The notes below the pieces were generated by a model. It worked only from the letters and a program-made list of their open reading frames with translations. It was not told the origin of the DNA and ran no database searches. Both the position numbers and the translations under genes were made by a program. Below are positions 19,286 through 27,853 of a stretch of DNA of 44,168 nt, in pieces. How positions within the stretch are numbered: position 1 is the first letter of the stretch; every line of letters begins with the position of its first letter. Source of the DNA: Bacilli bacterium (GTDB lineage: Bacteria; Bacillota_I; Bacilli_A; RF39; UBA660); the NCBI GenBank assembly GCA_029100965.1, contig JAQXQC010000088.1, positions 1-44,168 on the forward strand, given 5' to 3'.

Positions 19286-20499
19286 TGGTTTGCTTTTTCA
19301 TTAATTTCTTTAGAGAAGTTTCCATTCTCAAAAATTACTACTTCTTTATTTTGATCAGTTGTTGCGATAATAGATAAATCAGATGTTCCAATCATGAAAT
19401 CTACATGAATTTTGGAAGAATTAATTCCTTGTTTTGTTAATTCTTCTTTGGAAGTGTTTAATCCATCTTTTAGACATTCAGCAAATCCTGCACCTAAAGC
19501 TAAATGGCAACTTGCATTTTCATCAATTAAAGTGGTTCCGAAGGTAATATTTAAATTAGAAATTGGACTGTTGTATTCTACAAGGGCACATTCTCCTAGG
19601 TAACAACTTGTATCATCGCCTTCTATAATTGCTTTTAGAATTTCTTTTCCCACTTTTGCATCATAATCCACTGCTCTTCCTTCGACAAATTTAATCCAGA
19701 ATTCATCTACTTTTTTCCCATTATAATATAAAGGTTTAGCATTATAAACGATTCCTTCTGTTTTTCTGTAGTCTGGACTGGCAAAAACTTCATATGATGG
19801 CATATTTACAATTACTTTTTGATCTTTAGCACTGGAAAATTGGTAATTTTTAGGTAAATATACATCCAGTGATGTTCCTAATGAATTTTGATAATGTAAT
19901 TTTGTTAAGTTTAAATGATTTAAAACATTCATTAATTTTTGAATTTTATTTAGGTGGTTATCCCAACAATCTAAAGGATTTTCTTTTTCTAACATACAAG
20001 TTGTAAAAATTGCCTGTTTTAGTTTTTCTTCACTATTTTCTTCATTATTAAATACAGATTTTGCCCATTCTTTTCCAGGATATGCTGCTATACACCAAGA
20101 AAGGGTACATTTTTCTACCATTTTACGATAGATAGGTCTCGTTTCTCTTTTTCTTTTTGCTGCTAAGGCAATTAAGTTATCAGGAATATCTTCCATTAAA
20201 TTGGGATACTCTGTTTCCATAATAAGAAAACTAGCATTTTTTTTGGCATATTCATCCCAAATACTACTATCAAAATATTTACTTTCTAAAATACTTTTTT
20301 CTGTGCTTTCCTTTAATAAACTGTGAGTTTTGTAGATATCTTCACAATCTAAATATATTTCTGATATTCCTTTATCTTTTGCTTTTTTGATTAATTTTTG
20401 AATAAAGTTATCAATTTCTTTTTGATAATGAATAAAAAGAATTTTACTTTGTTTATCTATACATTTTTCTAGTAATAGTTCTATATATTTTTCTTCCAT
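19279..20499 (-). CDS. M29 family aminopeptidase (AmpS/PepS type)
   Basis: [39 protein letters not shown]. Confidence 0.93.
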   Translation of the reverse strand: MEEKYIELLLEKCIDKQSKILFIHYQKEIDNFIQKLIKKAKDKGISEIYLDCEDIYKTHSLLKESTEKSILESKYFDSSIWDEYAKKNASFLIMETEYPNLMEDIPDNLIALAAKRKRETRPIYRKMVEKCTLSWCIAAYPGKEWAKSVFNNEENSEEKLKQAIFTTCMLEKENPLDCWDNHLNKIQKLMNVLNHLNLTKLHYQNSLGTSLDVYLPKNYQFSSAKDQKVIVNMPSYEVFASPDYRKTEGIVYNAKPLYYNGKKVDEFWIKFVEGRAVDYDAKVGKEILKAIIEGDDTSCYLGECALVEYNSPISNLNITFGTTLIDENASCHLALGAGFAECLKDGLNTSKEELTKQGINSSKIHVDFMIGTSDLSIIATTDQNKEVVIFENGNFSKEINEKANQC

Positions 20500-20537
20500 G
20501 TTATATCACCTCTATTATTTTATCATACTTTTTTGGT

Positions 20538-21005
20538 TTAGGATATAATTTGCGTTAATGTTGTGTCCTTATCCTTATAAAGGGTTAACATTTCTAATAC
20601 TATTTTTTTTAATTCTTCTTGATTTGTTGTAGATATCATTTTTTTATCATATTCTTTTATCTTATTGTTTAAAGTTTTATCTTTAGAATAATATTCGCTT
20701 ACTATGACTTCATCTTGATAAGTACTTTTAATTTTTTCAATGTTTTCTTTATTTTCTGTTAGGCCTATGATTGATTTGAATAATCCATCTTGATCTTTGT
20801 AGTAAATATAATTACTAATTGAGGTATTGTGAACCATGCTATCGTATGATTGATATGCTCCAGCTTGAATTAAATATATTTTTTCTCCTGTGATATCTGT
20901 TTCTAATTTTTTATCATAGATTTGATAAATTAATTTGCCACATATTGCTCCGCAAATGACAGATAAAAAAATAGGAGTTACTACTTTTTTGATTTTCTTT
21001 AACAT
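20538..21005 (-). CDS. Membrane-anchored SPOR-like protein (SpoIIB-like)
   Basis: N-terminal TM helix, then YLIQAGAYQS (SPOR-type QxGAF/Y motif); start moved to ATG 21005, which has RBS GGTGA. Confidence 0.5.
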   Translation of the reverse strand: MLKKIKKVVTPIFLSVICGAICGKLIYQIYDKKLETDITGEKIYLIQAGAYQSYDSMVHNTSISNYIYYKDQDGLFKSIIGLTENKENIEKIKSTYQDEVIVSEYYSKDKTLNNKIKEYDKKMISTTNQEELKKIVLEMLTLYKDKDTTLTQIIS

Positions 21006-21078
21006 TTTTATCACCAATTAAAGTATACTTCTATTTTTGTTCTTTTTTTGTCGATTATTATTTTTATTTCTATTTTTA

Positions 21079-21750
21079 TTATTCTATTATATATGGATCA
21101 CTATAAGTTCCACTTCCTTCAGTAACTTTAACTGTTGATCTTAGGCGTAAAACTGGACGAATTCCACTTGCATTAGATGATTGTATGCTTGAAACACTTG
21201 TTTCACTAGGACTCCAAAGAAATATTTGGGTAGTATTACCAAATACACTATTATTTTTTACATATTCTGGGGGAGTATGTGTGGCAAACCAATAATAACT
21301 TCCGTTATTGATTAAATCATTATTTTTGTAATTTTCAGGATTTTGAAGATCATTGTTATCAATTAAAGACATTCCAGTTATTTGCTGAAAATCTTCAATA
21401 TTGATATTCCGAGAATTATTATTATTACATTTACCTTCGTATGAGAAGTTAGAGTTACAATAATTTAAAGCCAGTGAATTTAAATTATTTAAGTGATTTA
21501 TGCTATTGGTAGTTGTATCATGAATTTGTGGATTACAACTAGTAAAGTGTTGAGTATTATTTTCTGTACATATACATTCAGGAGAACCAGCACTTATCAA
21601 ATAGACTGTTTGTTCTTTAATATAATCTATTCTCCAACCACTTGAACTATTTGCATTGCGACCATCACATAATTCACCTGAACATCCATTATTACCAGTA
21701 TATTTAACATAAGTGCCTTTTTTCTTTTTGTTCAAATAAGCACTATTATC
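21079..21750 (-). pseudogene. DUF6273/lectin-like domain; in-frame continuation of the upstream pilin beyond a TAA
   Basis: Same frame as 21751..22296; no RBS before TTG 21735; motifs GWRI, YYWFAT, GIRPVLRL...GSGTYSDPY. Confidence 0.55.
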
Positions 21751-21767
21751 TTAAGTGCTATTATCTT
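21738..21767. repeat. 15-bp imperfect tandem duplication spanning the pilin stop codon
   Basis: Minus strand AAGATAATAGCACTT AAGATAATAGTGCTT (13/15 identical). Confidence 0.85.
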
Positions 21768-22296
21768 CAATGAGTGTTTTTGCAGCAGTTTTTGCTAAGA
21801 GTTTGATGCTATAATCATCATTAGTGTACATTGATTCTAGTATAATTTTAATTGTTATTATATTTTCATTTTCGTTATTGATTTTTATTTCTTTAAATAA
21901 TAAAGATTTTTGTAAGTTTTTCTGATAGTAGGAACTGTCATTTTTGTCGAAAGAACCATCATTGTTAAGTTTTCCATATGTTATTGTTACTTCTTTATTT
22001 TCTGGATTATTGATTTGGATTTTTCTTTTTTCTTCTGTTCCGCTAGATTGGGTTGTTAAAATTACTTCATTATTTTCACTTTTTTCGATTTTGGTAATGA
22101 CTTGTTTATCTAAATCATTCATTATATTTTTAGTGATTGCTATTTTATCTGAGGAATAACTAATGGATTGATAGATATCCTCATCTTTATTTTTAAATTG
22201 ATAAATAAGATTTAATAGGTATAAGGCAATACTCATTGCTAATACTGATGCTAAAACAATTTCTACTAACATATATCCTTTTTTATTTAATTTCAT
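21751..22296 (-). CDS. Type IV prepilin-like protein
   Basis: Class III signal MKLNKKG|YMLVE followed by a hydrophobic helix; RBS GGGGGA. Confidence 0.85.
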   Translation of the reverse strand: MKLNKKGYMLVEIVLASVLAMSIALYLLNLIYQFKNKDEDIYQSISYSSDKIAITKNIMNDLDKQVITKIEKSENNEVILTTQSSGTEEKRKIQINNPENKEVTITYGKLNNDGSFDKNDSSYYQKNLQKSLLFKEIKINNENENIITIKIILESMYTNDDYSIKLLAKTAAKTLIEDNST

Positions 22297-22307
22297 TATT
22301 TATCCCC

Positions 22308-22853
22308 CTACTCGATTGGAATACTAGCATAATAATTTTTTTTATTATTTTCTATTTCTGTTATTACTATGTATGTGTAATGATTAGAATCTGTTCCAAC
22401 GTTGGCATCCTTAATGTTATAATAATTAACAATATAATCTATATAGTCTTTAAATGTTTCATTAGTTAAATCTATTTTCTTCTTTTCTAGAACATTTTCA
22501 TCATAATAAGTAAATATCATGTTTTTTATTTGATATAAATTTTGTAAAGTTGTACAAAAATTATTTTTATTGATATAATTACTTTCTTCAGAATTACAAT
22601 TGCCATCTTCAATTAGATTTATTGTTTCTTTATCGTTATGAGTATTGAGAAAGGTGTTTAAATTATTTTCTAACAATGTATTAATCATTTCTTTTGATGC
22701 ATAAAATGCATCAATATCATGATACACTTCTCTTTCTTTATATTTAGAAAAAAGAGAGTTAAAACTAGAATAAAATAAAATCATTCCTGTTAAAATTACT
22801 GTTGAAGTGATAATTACTTCTACTAACATGAAGCCTTTATTATTTTTAAACAT
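22308..22853 (-). CDS. Type IV prepilin-like protein
   Basis: Class III signal MFKNNKG|FMLVE followed by a hydrophobic helix. Confidence 0.85.
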   Translation of the reverse strand: MFKNNKGFMLVEVIITSTVILTGMILFYSSFNSLFSKYKEREVYHDIDAFYASKEMINTLLENNLNTFLNTHNDKETINLIEDGNCNSEESNYINKNNFCTTLQNLYQIKNMIFTYYDENVLEKKKIDLTNETFKDYIDYIVNYYNIKDANVGTDSNHYTYIVITEIENNKKNYYASIPIE

Positions 22854-22870
22854 TCTTTTTTCACTACTCC

Positions 22871-22899
22871 TTGCTATTTTTATAAAACTATTATATAAT
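22871..22899 (+). promoter_or_regulatory. sigma-A promoter of the pilus ATPase gene
   Basis: TTGCTA-N17-TATAAT. Confidence 0.55.
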
Positions 22900-22930
22900 A
22901 ATTATAGTTTAATGTAAAGAATAAAAAGGA

Positions 22931-24220
22931 ATGGGATTTATGGCAGAAATTAAGAAAGAAGAGTTATCTACTTCTAATGTAGGAGCGACTAATTTTAATG
23001 ATTTGGCAACGAAAAAGGTAATTAATTTTGAAACAACTCCAATTGTTGATATTGTAAATTATATCTTAGTAACTGCCTCTAAGAAAAATGCTAGTGATAT
23101 TCATTTTGATCCAGCTGATAATCATATGAAAGTTAGATTTCGTATTGATGGGAAACTAGATACTTTTATTATCGTTCCTAATACCGCTAAACAAAATTTA
23201 ATTGCTAGATTAAAGATTATGGCCGGAATGAATATTACAGAAACTCGTCTTCCACAAGATGGAGCAATTCGTACAGTAATTGAAGGGATTAGTTTGGATA
23301 TGCGTGTTTCTTCTCTTCCAACCAAACGGGGTGAAAAAATTGTTATTCGTATTATGGATTATTCGATGAGTTTAAAAGGGTTAGAGTCTTTATGTTTTAA
23401 TGATGTTAATTATAAAAAAATATTAAAGATGATTAGTGAACCAAATGGAATTATTTTAGTAACTGGGGCTACAGGTAGTGGTAAATCAACTACTGTTTAT
23501 TCTCTTTTACAAAGATTAAATACTGAGGATACAAATTTAATTACAGTAGAAGATCCTGTTGAAATGGAAATTGAAGGAATGAATCAGGTTCAAGTTAATA
23601 GTGAAATAGGACTTACTTTTGCTACTGTATTGAGAAGTATTTTGCGACAAGATCCTAATGTTATTATGATTGGGGAAATTCGTGATAGTGAAACTGCACA
23701 AATTGCAGTTCGGGCTTCCATTACTGGACATTTAGTTTTATCTACTATTCACACCAATAATAGTCTTTCTACTATTGAAAGATTATTAGATATGGATGTT
23801 GAACGATATTTACTAGCTAGTGCATTGGAAGGAATTATTTCTCAAAAGTTGGCAAGAAAGCTTTGCGATAAATGTAAAAGGCTAAGACCTACTAATAATT
23901 ATGAGAAAAATCTATTTAGAACTATTTTAGGGTTAGAAGTTAGTAAGGTATATGAACCTGTTGGTTGTCCAGAATGTAGTTTTGGATATAAGGGAAGAGT
24001 TGCTTTGCATGAAGTTCTTCTAATTAATCAGGATATAAGAGATGCTATTAGTAATAATGTTTCTAAAGAAGATTTGAGAAAATTGGTTTATAGTAAAGAT
24101 GTTATTACTATGGTACAAGATGGATTTTATAAGGTTCTTGCTGGTTTTACTACTATTACTGAAGTTTTAAAACTAATTGATTTAGATGATGAGATAGAAG
24201 AAAAAAAGAAATCTAATTAA
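22931..24220 (+). CDS. GspE/PilB family type IV pilus assembly ATPase
   Basis: ASDIHFDP, RLPQDG, Walker A GATGSGKST, TVEDPVE, LRQDPNVIMIGEIRD, TGHLVLSTIH, Zn motif CDKC...CPEC. Confidence 0.95.
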   Translation: MGFMAEIKKEELSTSNVGATNFNDLATKKVINFETTPIVDIVNYILVTASKKNASDIHFDPADNHMKVRFRIDGKLDTFIIVPNTAKQNLIARLKIMAGMNITETRLPQDGAIRTVIEGISLDMRVSSLPTKRGEKIVIRIMDYSMSLKGLESLCFNDVNYKKILKMISEPNGIILVTGATGSGKSTTVYSLLQRLNTEDTNLITVEDPVEMEIEGMNQVQVNSEIGLTFATVLRSILRQDPNVIMIGEIRDSETAQIAVRASITGHLVLSTIHTNNSLSTIERLLDMDVERYLLASALEGIISQKLARKLCDKCKRLRPTNNYEKNLFRTILGLEVSKVYEPVGCPECSFGYKGRVALHEVLLINQDIRDAISNNVSKEDLRKLVYSKDVITMVQDGFYKVLAGFTTITEVLKLIDLDDEIEEKKKSN

Positions 24221-24239
24221 TTATTATTTGAATACAACG

Positions 24240-24277
24240 AAAGAGCACAGAAAATATTTAAAATTCTGTGTTCTTTT
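24240..24277. terminator. Bidirectional terminator between the convergent pilus ATPase and nrdG genes
   Basis: AAAGAGCACAGAA...TTCTGTGTTCTTT stem. Confidence 0.7.
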
Positions 24278-24278
24278 A

Positions 24279-24845
24279 CTATACATAGAGAAGATGTTTT
24301 TTACTTCTTCCTCGATTTGATTTTTCTTCTTGATTATGAGGTTGATATAAAACAACTTCTTTTTTGGTTAAACTCTTTTTTACATCAATTAACCTTTGAT
24401 TTTTGGATCCTCTAAAAATTACATCATAACTTTTTTGCTGGTAAATAAATTTTCCATCTACTAAAATGTCAATTTGTTTTAAAAATTCTAATATATCTAG
24501 ATTGGACTTAGATTTTTCTAATAGTTCTTCAAAGGTATATCCAGTATAACACCATACGTTTAAATTTTTTTGATGACAATACTTTGCTAAAATAGAACAA
24601 GCTAGGGGTTGTTCCATCGGATCTCCTCCTGAAAATGTAATTCCATCTTGTCCTTCTAGAGAATTTATTTTTCTTTTGATGTCCTCAATATCAATAAGAA
24701 ACCCATTCTGATAAGAGTGGGTTTCTGGATTGTGACAATAAGGACAATGATGAGGACAGCCTTGTGTCCAAATTACAGTACGGATACCTTCTCCATCCAC
24801 AATGCTATCTCTTTGTATCTCATCTGTTGCTAGCCTTATTTTCAT
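24279..24845 (-). CDS. nrdG: Anaerobic ribonucleotide reductase activating enzyme (radical SAM)
   Basis: DSIVDGEGIR, QGCPHHCPYCHNP (CxxxCxxC), GITFSGGDP, WCYTGY, FRGSKNQR. Confidence 0.96.
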   Translation of the reverse strand: MKIRLATDEIQRDSIVDGEGIRTVIWTQGCPHHCPYCHNPETHSYQNGFLIDIEDIKRKINSLEGQDGITFSGGDPMEQPLACSILAKYCHQKNLNVWCYTGYTFEELLEKSKSNLDILEFLKQIDILVDGKFIYQQKSYDVIFRGSKNQRLIDVKKSLTKKEVVLYQPHNQEEKSNRGRSKKHLLYV

Positions 24846-24847
24846 TA

Positions 24848-25024
24848 TTATTTCGCTTCTTCCAATATTCCTTCTGTACCGTGTTTTACGCGATCGTGTT
24901 CTTCTGCTCTTTTTCCGTTGTTGAAACGATCTACTGTTCCTACTAAATATCCTGTAATTCTTCTGATCCTTTCAAAGCCAATTCCCTCTCCGATAGTTTT
25001 AACTTCTTTTTCTTCTGTTTTCAT
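24848..25024 (-). CDS. 58-aa stand-alone glycyl-radical segment of class III ribonucleotide reductase
   Basis: Below the ORF-track cutoff. Hand translation: MKTEEKEVKTIGEGIGFERIRRITGYLVGTVDRFNNGKRAEEHDRVKHGTEGILEEAK*. RBS AAAGAGGGA lies 8 nt before the ATG; stop is 2 nt before the nrdG start. Confidence 0.9.
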   Translation of the reverse strand: MKTEEKEVKTIGEGIGFERIRRITGYLVGTVDRFNNGKRAEEHDRVKHGTEGILEEAK

Positions 25025-25050
25025 AAAAATATTCCCTCTTTCTTAATTTA

Positions 25051-27348
25051 TTAACAGCAAGCATTTTTCTTAAAGTCATTTACTTTTTCAACGCTAACCC
25101 CTTCTCCAGCTTTTCGGCCACATCCAGGACAAACATCTCCAATAATTCCAACATATCCACATACTGGATCTCGATCAACTGGATGATTAATTGCTGCATA
25201 TCCCATATTATTTTCTTTCATGATACGAACAATTTTTTCAAAAGCATCTAAATTTTTTGTTGTATCTCCATCTAATTCAATATAACTAATATGTCCAGCG
25301 TTTGTAAGAGCGTGGTATGGAGCTTCTTTTTTAATCTTATTAATGATAGATATATTATAATATACTGGTACATGGAATGAATTTGTATAATAGTCTCTAT
25401 CTGTAACTCCTTTAATTTTTCCGTAAATTACTTTATCAATATTAACAAATCTACCACTTAATCCTTCTGCTGGAGTAGCTAGGCATGTAAAGTTTAGATT
25501 ATATTTTTCCGAATATTCATCGCATTTTTTTCTCATGAAGCCAATAATTTTTAATCCTAATTCTTGTGCTTCATCACTTTCACCGTGGTGTTTTCCAATT
25601 AATGCTTTTAAACATTCTGCTAATCCGATAAAACCAATACTTAAAGTTCCATGTTTTAGTACTTTTCTTAATCGATCAGTTGGCTTTAATTTTTCTGAAT
25701 CAATCCATACTCCTTGTTCTAATAGGAATGGGAAATTATATAATCTTTTGTTGCATTGTATCTCAAATCTTTCTAGTAACTGCTCACAAACTAAATCCAT
25801 TAATTCTCCTAATTCCTTATAAAATCCATCTAAGTCTGCTTTTTCGTTACTAACAATTCCATGTTTGATTCCTAGTCTTGGTAGATTGATTGATGTGAAT
25901 GATAAATTTCCTCTTCCTGGGGTAATTGCTTTATTAGGGTCCACTATGTTACCAATTACTCTTGTTCTACATCCCATGTAGCAAACCTCTGTATTAAAAT
26001 CACCTTTATAATATTGTGCATTAAATGGAGAATCCATAAAGGAAAAGTTTGGAAACAACCTTTTTGCTGACACTTTGCAAGATAATTTGAATAAGTCATA
26101 ATTTGGATCTCCTGGATTGTAATTAACTCCTTCTTTAATTTTAAAGATAGAAATTGGAAAAATAGGTGTTTCGTTTTTTCCTAATCCAGCATCAACTGAT
26201 AATAGATAATTTTTCATTACCATTCTTCCTTCTGGTGAAGTATCTGTTCCAAAATTGATGGAAGAGAATGGTACTTGTGCTCCTGCTCTTGAATGCATGG
26301 TATTTAAATTATGTACAAAAGCTTCCATTGCTTGATAAGTAGCTCTATCCGTTTTTGCAATTGCAGTATCATATGCTTTTTCAAAAATTCTTCTTACTTC
26401 TTTACTTTCTTTATAAAAGTTTTCAAAGATTCCAATATCAACTGTAATAGAATTTAATTTATCAATTGCTTGTGCTACTTTATCTATATTTACAAAACTG
26501 ATAAAGTCCGTAAAATCAAGTAACTCATATAATGCTTGCTTATATTCTTTTTTAAAAGTTTTTAACACTCCTGGTGCCATATAAAAGTCAAATGCTGGAA
26601 TACTCTGACCCCCATGTTGATCATTTTGATTGGATTGTACAGCGATAGCAGCTAGAGCACTATAAGCATTAATTGATTGTGGCTCTCTCAAGTGACCATG
26701 TCCAGTAGAAAAACCATTTTTAAATAATTTATTTAAATCGATTTGCATACAAGTGGTTGTCCCCATTGCTAAGAAATCCATATCGTGAATATGAATATCT
26801 CCATTTTCATGCGCATCGGCAAATTTCTTTTTCATTAAATATGCTTTAGCAAATTCCTTTGAAACTGTTGAACCATATTGAAGCATCGTTCCCATAGCGC
26901 TATTTCCATCAATATTTGCGTTTTCTCTTTTTGCATCTTCTTCAAATGCAGATTTTAATCCTAATCCTTCTAGTGATTTTAAAAATTTGTGCATCTTTTT
27001 TTCGTCCGAAAATAATTTTCTTGATTTATCTCTTCTATCTCGGTAATCTGAAAATGCTTGGTAAACATCTTCATATTTGTTTTTCTTTAGCATTTCTTCG
27101 ATTAAATCTTGAATTTCTTCAATTTTGATTTTTTCGGCATCTTTATATTTTTTACAAATTTCTTTGATTACACTTTGATATACTTTTTGAACATCTTTAG
27201 CTGTATATTTTGCTTCTTCTTCTTCATGTACTGTTCCATCAAATCCTTTTTTTATTGCAATAGCAACTTTTGCTGTATCAAAAGAAACTTTTTTTCCATT
27301 TCTTTTTACTACCTTTAAATTGTCTATTACGTCTTCATTTATTGTCAT
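25051..27348 (-). CDS. nrdD: Anaerobic (class III) ribonucleoside-triphosphate reductase, large part with ATP cone, lacking the glycyl-radical motif
   Basis: VVKRNG ATP cone, KRENAN, HIHDMDF, QHGGQS, YMGCRT, GNLSFTSINLPR, TPAEGL, YYTNSFH, DRDPVCG...CPGCG; ends TAA TAA with no RxxGY. Confidence 0.95.
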   Translation of the reverse strand: MTINEDVIDNLKVVKRNGKKVSFDTAKVAIAIKKGFDGTVHEEEEAKYTAKDVQKVYQSVIKEICKKYKDAEKIKIEEIQDLIEEMLKKNKYEDVYQAFSDYRDRRDKSRKLFSDEKKMHKFLKSLEGLGLKSAFEEDAKRENANIDGNSAMGTMLQYGSTVSKEFAKAYLMKKKFADAHENGDIHIHDMDFLAMGTTTCMQIDLNKLFKNGFSTGHGHLREPQSINAYSALAAIAVQSNQNDQHGGQSIPAFDFYMAPGVLKTFKKEYKQALYELLDFTDFISFVNIDKVAQAIDKLNSITVDIGIFENFYKESKEVRRIFEKAYDTAIAKTDRATYQAMEAFVHNLNTMHSRAGAQVPFSSINFGTDTSPEGRMVMKNYLLSVDAGLGKNETPIFPISIFKIKEGVNYNPGDPNYDLFKLSCKVSAKRLFPNFSFMDSPFNAQYYKGDFNTEVCYMGCRTRVIGNIVDPNKAITPGRGNLSFTSINLPRLGIKHGIVSNEKADLDGFYKELGELMDLVCEQLLERFEIQCNKRLYNFPFLLEQGVWIDSEKLKPTDRLRKVLKHGTLSIGFIGLAECLKALIGKHHGESDEAQELGLKIIGFMRKKCDEYSEKYNLNFTCLATPAEGLSGRFVNIDKVIYGKIKGVTDRDYYTNSFHVPVYYNISIINKIKKEAPYHALTNAGHISYIELDGDTTKNLDAFEKIVRIMKENNMGYAAINHPVDRDPVCGYVGIIGDVCPGCGRKAGEGVSVEKVNDFKKNACC

Positions 27349-27381
27349 TTACTTCACTCCTCTATTTCTTATCACATGTTC

Positions 27382-27411
27382 ATTATACATGTATCCTTCT
27401 TCTTTTGTCAA
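27382..27411 (-). promoter_or_regulatory. sigma-A promoter of the nrdD operon
   Basis: TTGACA-N18-TATAAT. Confidence 0.75.
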
Positions 27412-27853
27412 TATAAAAAACGAACATTTTTCGTTTTTTTTATTTTTTTCATTTTTTTGATTTTTTGGTAAGAGAAAATTTTCATTTTTTCATTTTTTTT
27501 TTTTTTATTTGTTTCCTATTTCTACTTAAAGTCTTTATTTCACTAGGTTTAGGTATTATATTATAGGAATATGTATTTTATTTTTATTTCGTTTTTTTAT
27601 ATTTTTTGTTTTTTAATCTAATTTTATTTTGCTAGTTTTTTGATTTTTTGATTTCTTGTTTTATGGTACTGTGTTCGTATTTTTTTATATTCTTTATAGT
27701 TAATTTTTTTAATAAAATATTGATTTATATATCTTAAATTAGTTACCTAATTATTTAGTGGTGTTTGTATTTATTTTTTTCTTGATTCTGCTAAAAAAAT
27801 AAAGAAATGGTTTCTTCTATTTTGAATCTTATTCATAGAAAAAGAAAATCTTT

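Noticed and set aside
5682-21735. Diversity-generating retroelement (TR/VR pair) between the two lectin-like C-termini
   Set aside because: The 3' ends differ at all base types, not just adenines, and no reverse transcriptase is in the window.
25025-25053. nrdD split as a simple sequencing frameshift or pseudogene
   Set aside because: A double stop, a dedicated RBS with ATG, a duplicated GEG motif and extra residues on both pieces argue against a single indel. Read-level confirmation is still needed.
27421-27433. LexA (SOS) box upstream of nrdD
   Set aside because: CGAACATTTTTCG is one base short and lacks the GTTC half-site of GAAC-N4-GTTC.
27547-27572. dif-like site (minus strand TATTCCTATAATATAATACCTAAACC)
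   Set aside because: Only the XerC-like arm matches; the spacer and XerD arm do not, and gene orientation does not switch here.
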